A DNA stretch of 64,000 nucleotides from Chiloscyllium plagiosum (taxonomy: Eukaryota), in assembly GCF_004010195.1 (NCBI RefSeq), contig NC_057750.1:2046929-2110928 (forward strand), given 5' to 3'. The translations under genes and the position numbers were made by a program. Shown here piece after piece: positions 62,754 to 64,000 of the stretch. The notes beneath the pieces are model-generated. The model was given only the letters and a program-made list of their open reading frames with translations, had not been told where the DNA came from and did no database searches. Positions within the stretch are counted from its first letter, which is position 1, and every line of letters begins with the position of its first letter.

Positions 62754-63463
62754 GTACAGCTACCAAATTCATTAATTACAGTCATTCTCTACTGAGACTG
62801 TCCTCTTCCCCAATTCACTGTCTGAGTTGATATTTACATTTTTATAGCACCTTTCACAACTTCTGGGTACTCCCAAAGATCTTTCAAGTCAGTGAAGGTT
62901 TTTTTTGGCTTGTAGCCACTGTTGTAAAGTAAGAAACCTGGCAGCCAAATTACACACCGCAAGCTCCCACAAATAGCATTGAGGGGATGCGAAAATAACG
63001 TATTTTTTCAATGTGAAGAAGTAATATTGCTGAGGACACTGGTAGTTCGTTTGATGCTCGCCAGATTTATGTTATGGGATCTTCTGCATCCACTTGAGGG
63101 GGGAAGGTGGGTAACTTTGGTTAATGTCCCAATCAGAAGTTGGCACCACCACCACCAATGCAGCACTCCTTAGGTATTACACCGGGAGTGGCAAACCTTA
63201 AGGAGTGGGATTTGAATCAACAACCATCTGACTTGTCCCTTGGTGTAAGCTGTGGCTTAGAACCCAAGAGAAGCAAAGCTGAGTGTCACAAATGCAGGTT
63301 GTGTTTCCTGATGTTTCATTGTGTCACCTGGTAGAAAATTCTGTGAACACAGTAAACTGAAGTTGATGTTGCTGCGGTATTTAATGGTCCAATGAATTGC
63401 TTCATTAGTAGAGATAAGTTTACTCCTATAACTCATTAAACATAATCCTCCTCATTATGTCAG

Positions 63464-63606
63464 GTACCACGACCACAACAAGGTCTCCAGACAGCAAAGT
63501 CATCTCGGGGGGAGTACCTGGAGGCACCTGCCACATCCAGCAGGGAGCAGCGGTCCCTATACAGATGAAACCTCTTGCACAGCACCAGATTCAACCAGCC
63601 CTGCAG
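63464..63606 (+). CDS. BICRA: BICRA coding exon 8 (G-TTTTTRSPDSKVIS...QPALQ); gene continues beyond the window
   Basis: TGTCAG acceptor with phase 1 matching the previous exon, CAG|GTAGCA donor. PDSKV resembles human AENKA and the exon ends in LQ like the recalled human segment. Confidence 0.75.
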
Positions 63607-64000
63607 GTAGCAATTGTAGCTTTCATATCTATGACAACAAACCTGTTTTCAACTTGCAACTTTTCCAATTGAGAAGTACCCAAATGGTTTGCTTGACAAA
63701 TTCTCTTGGCATGGTGACAGGTGTGAGTGTGAACAGTAAATGATACTTTGCATCGGTTTGACCGTAGAGGATAGAAGTATACCTGGAGAAACTAAATAAG
63801 AAAATGGATAGGAAAAAGGAACTTGAGAAAAGTCCAGGGAAGTGGCACTGAGTAAATTGTTGGAGTTGTGGGCTCACAGGGACTTCCTCCTCGGATCGTG
63901 AAAGAAATGCATTTAATTTGATTGATTGTTTACTTTCCAAATTTACCAGATTCAAGGAACGTTCTATTAGATTGTAGACCAGAAAACGTAATGGCTTTAT

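Noticed and set aside
36681..63606. Assignment to paralog BICRAL (GLTSCR1L)
   Set aside because: The N-terminus MDDEDGRCLLDVICDPQALNDFLHGS and the internal motifs fit BICRA as recalled. A BLAST or phylogeny would confirm this.
63930..63970. Next BICRA exon after TTTACCAG
   Set aside because: The phase-0 reading hits TAG after six codons and shows no similarity to the expected downstream peptide.

Overview
Eukaryotic, intron-rich vertebrate DNA, most likely from a shark. This is inferred from the repeat content: HE1/V-type SINEs, Deu-domain SINEs, abundant CR1 LINEs and Penelope-like elements. The only host gene is BICRA (GLTSCR1, ncBAF/GBAF subunit) on the + strand. Eight coding exons (36681-36721, 39135-39177, 43409-43474, 47957-50011, 53891-54136, 57739-58530, 62510-62753, 63464-63606) splice in frame with canonical GT-AG sites to give about 1210 codons starting MDDEDGRCLLDVICDPQALNDFLHGS. 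The C-terminal exons lie beyond the window and no promoter or CpG island is visible, so 1-36675 is probably 5' intron/UTR territory. The rest is nested transposon debris plus three assembly gaps. The most notable structure is a set of Penelope-like element (PLE) families. They occur as larger copies with inverted terminal repeats and as 50-220 bp mini-elements, often palindromic. They share 12-16 bp target-site duplications, a ~35-40 nt unpaired tail and a minimal type I hammerhead-ribozyme motif whose stem III is only a 4-nt palindrome.
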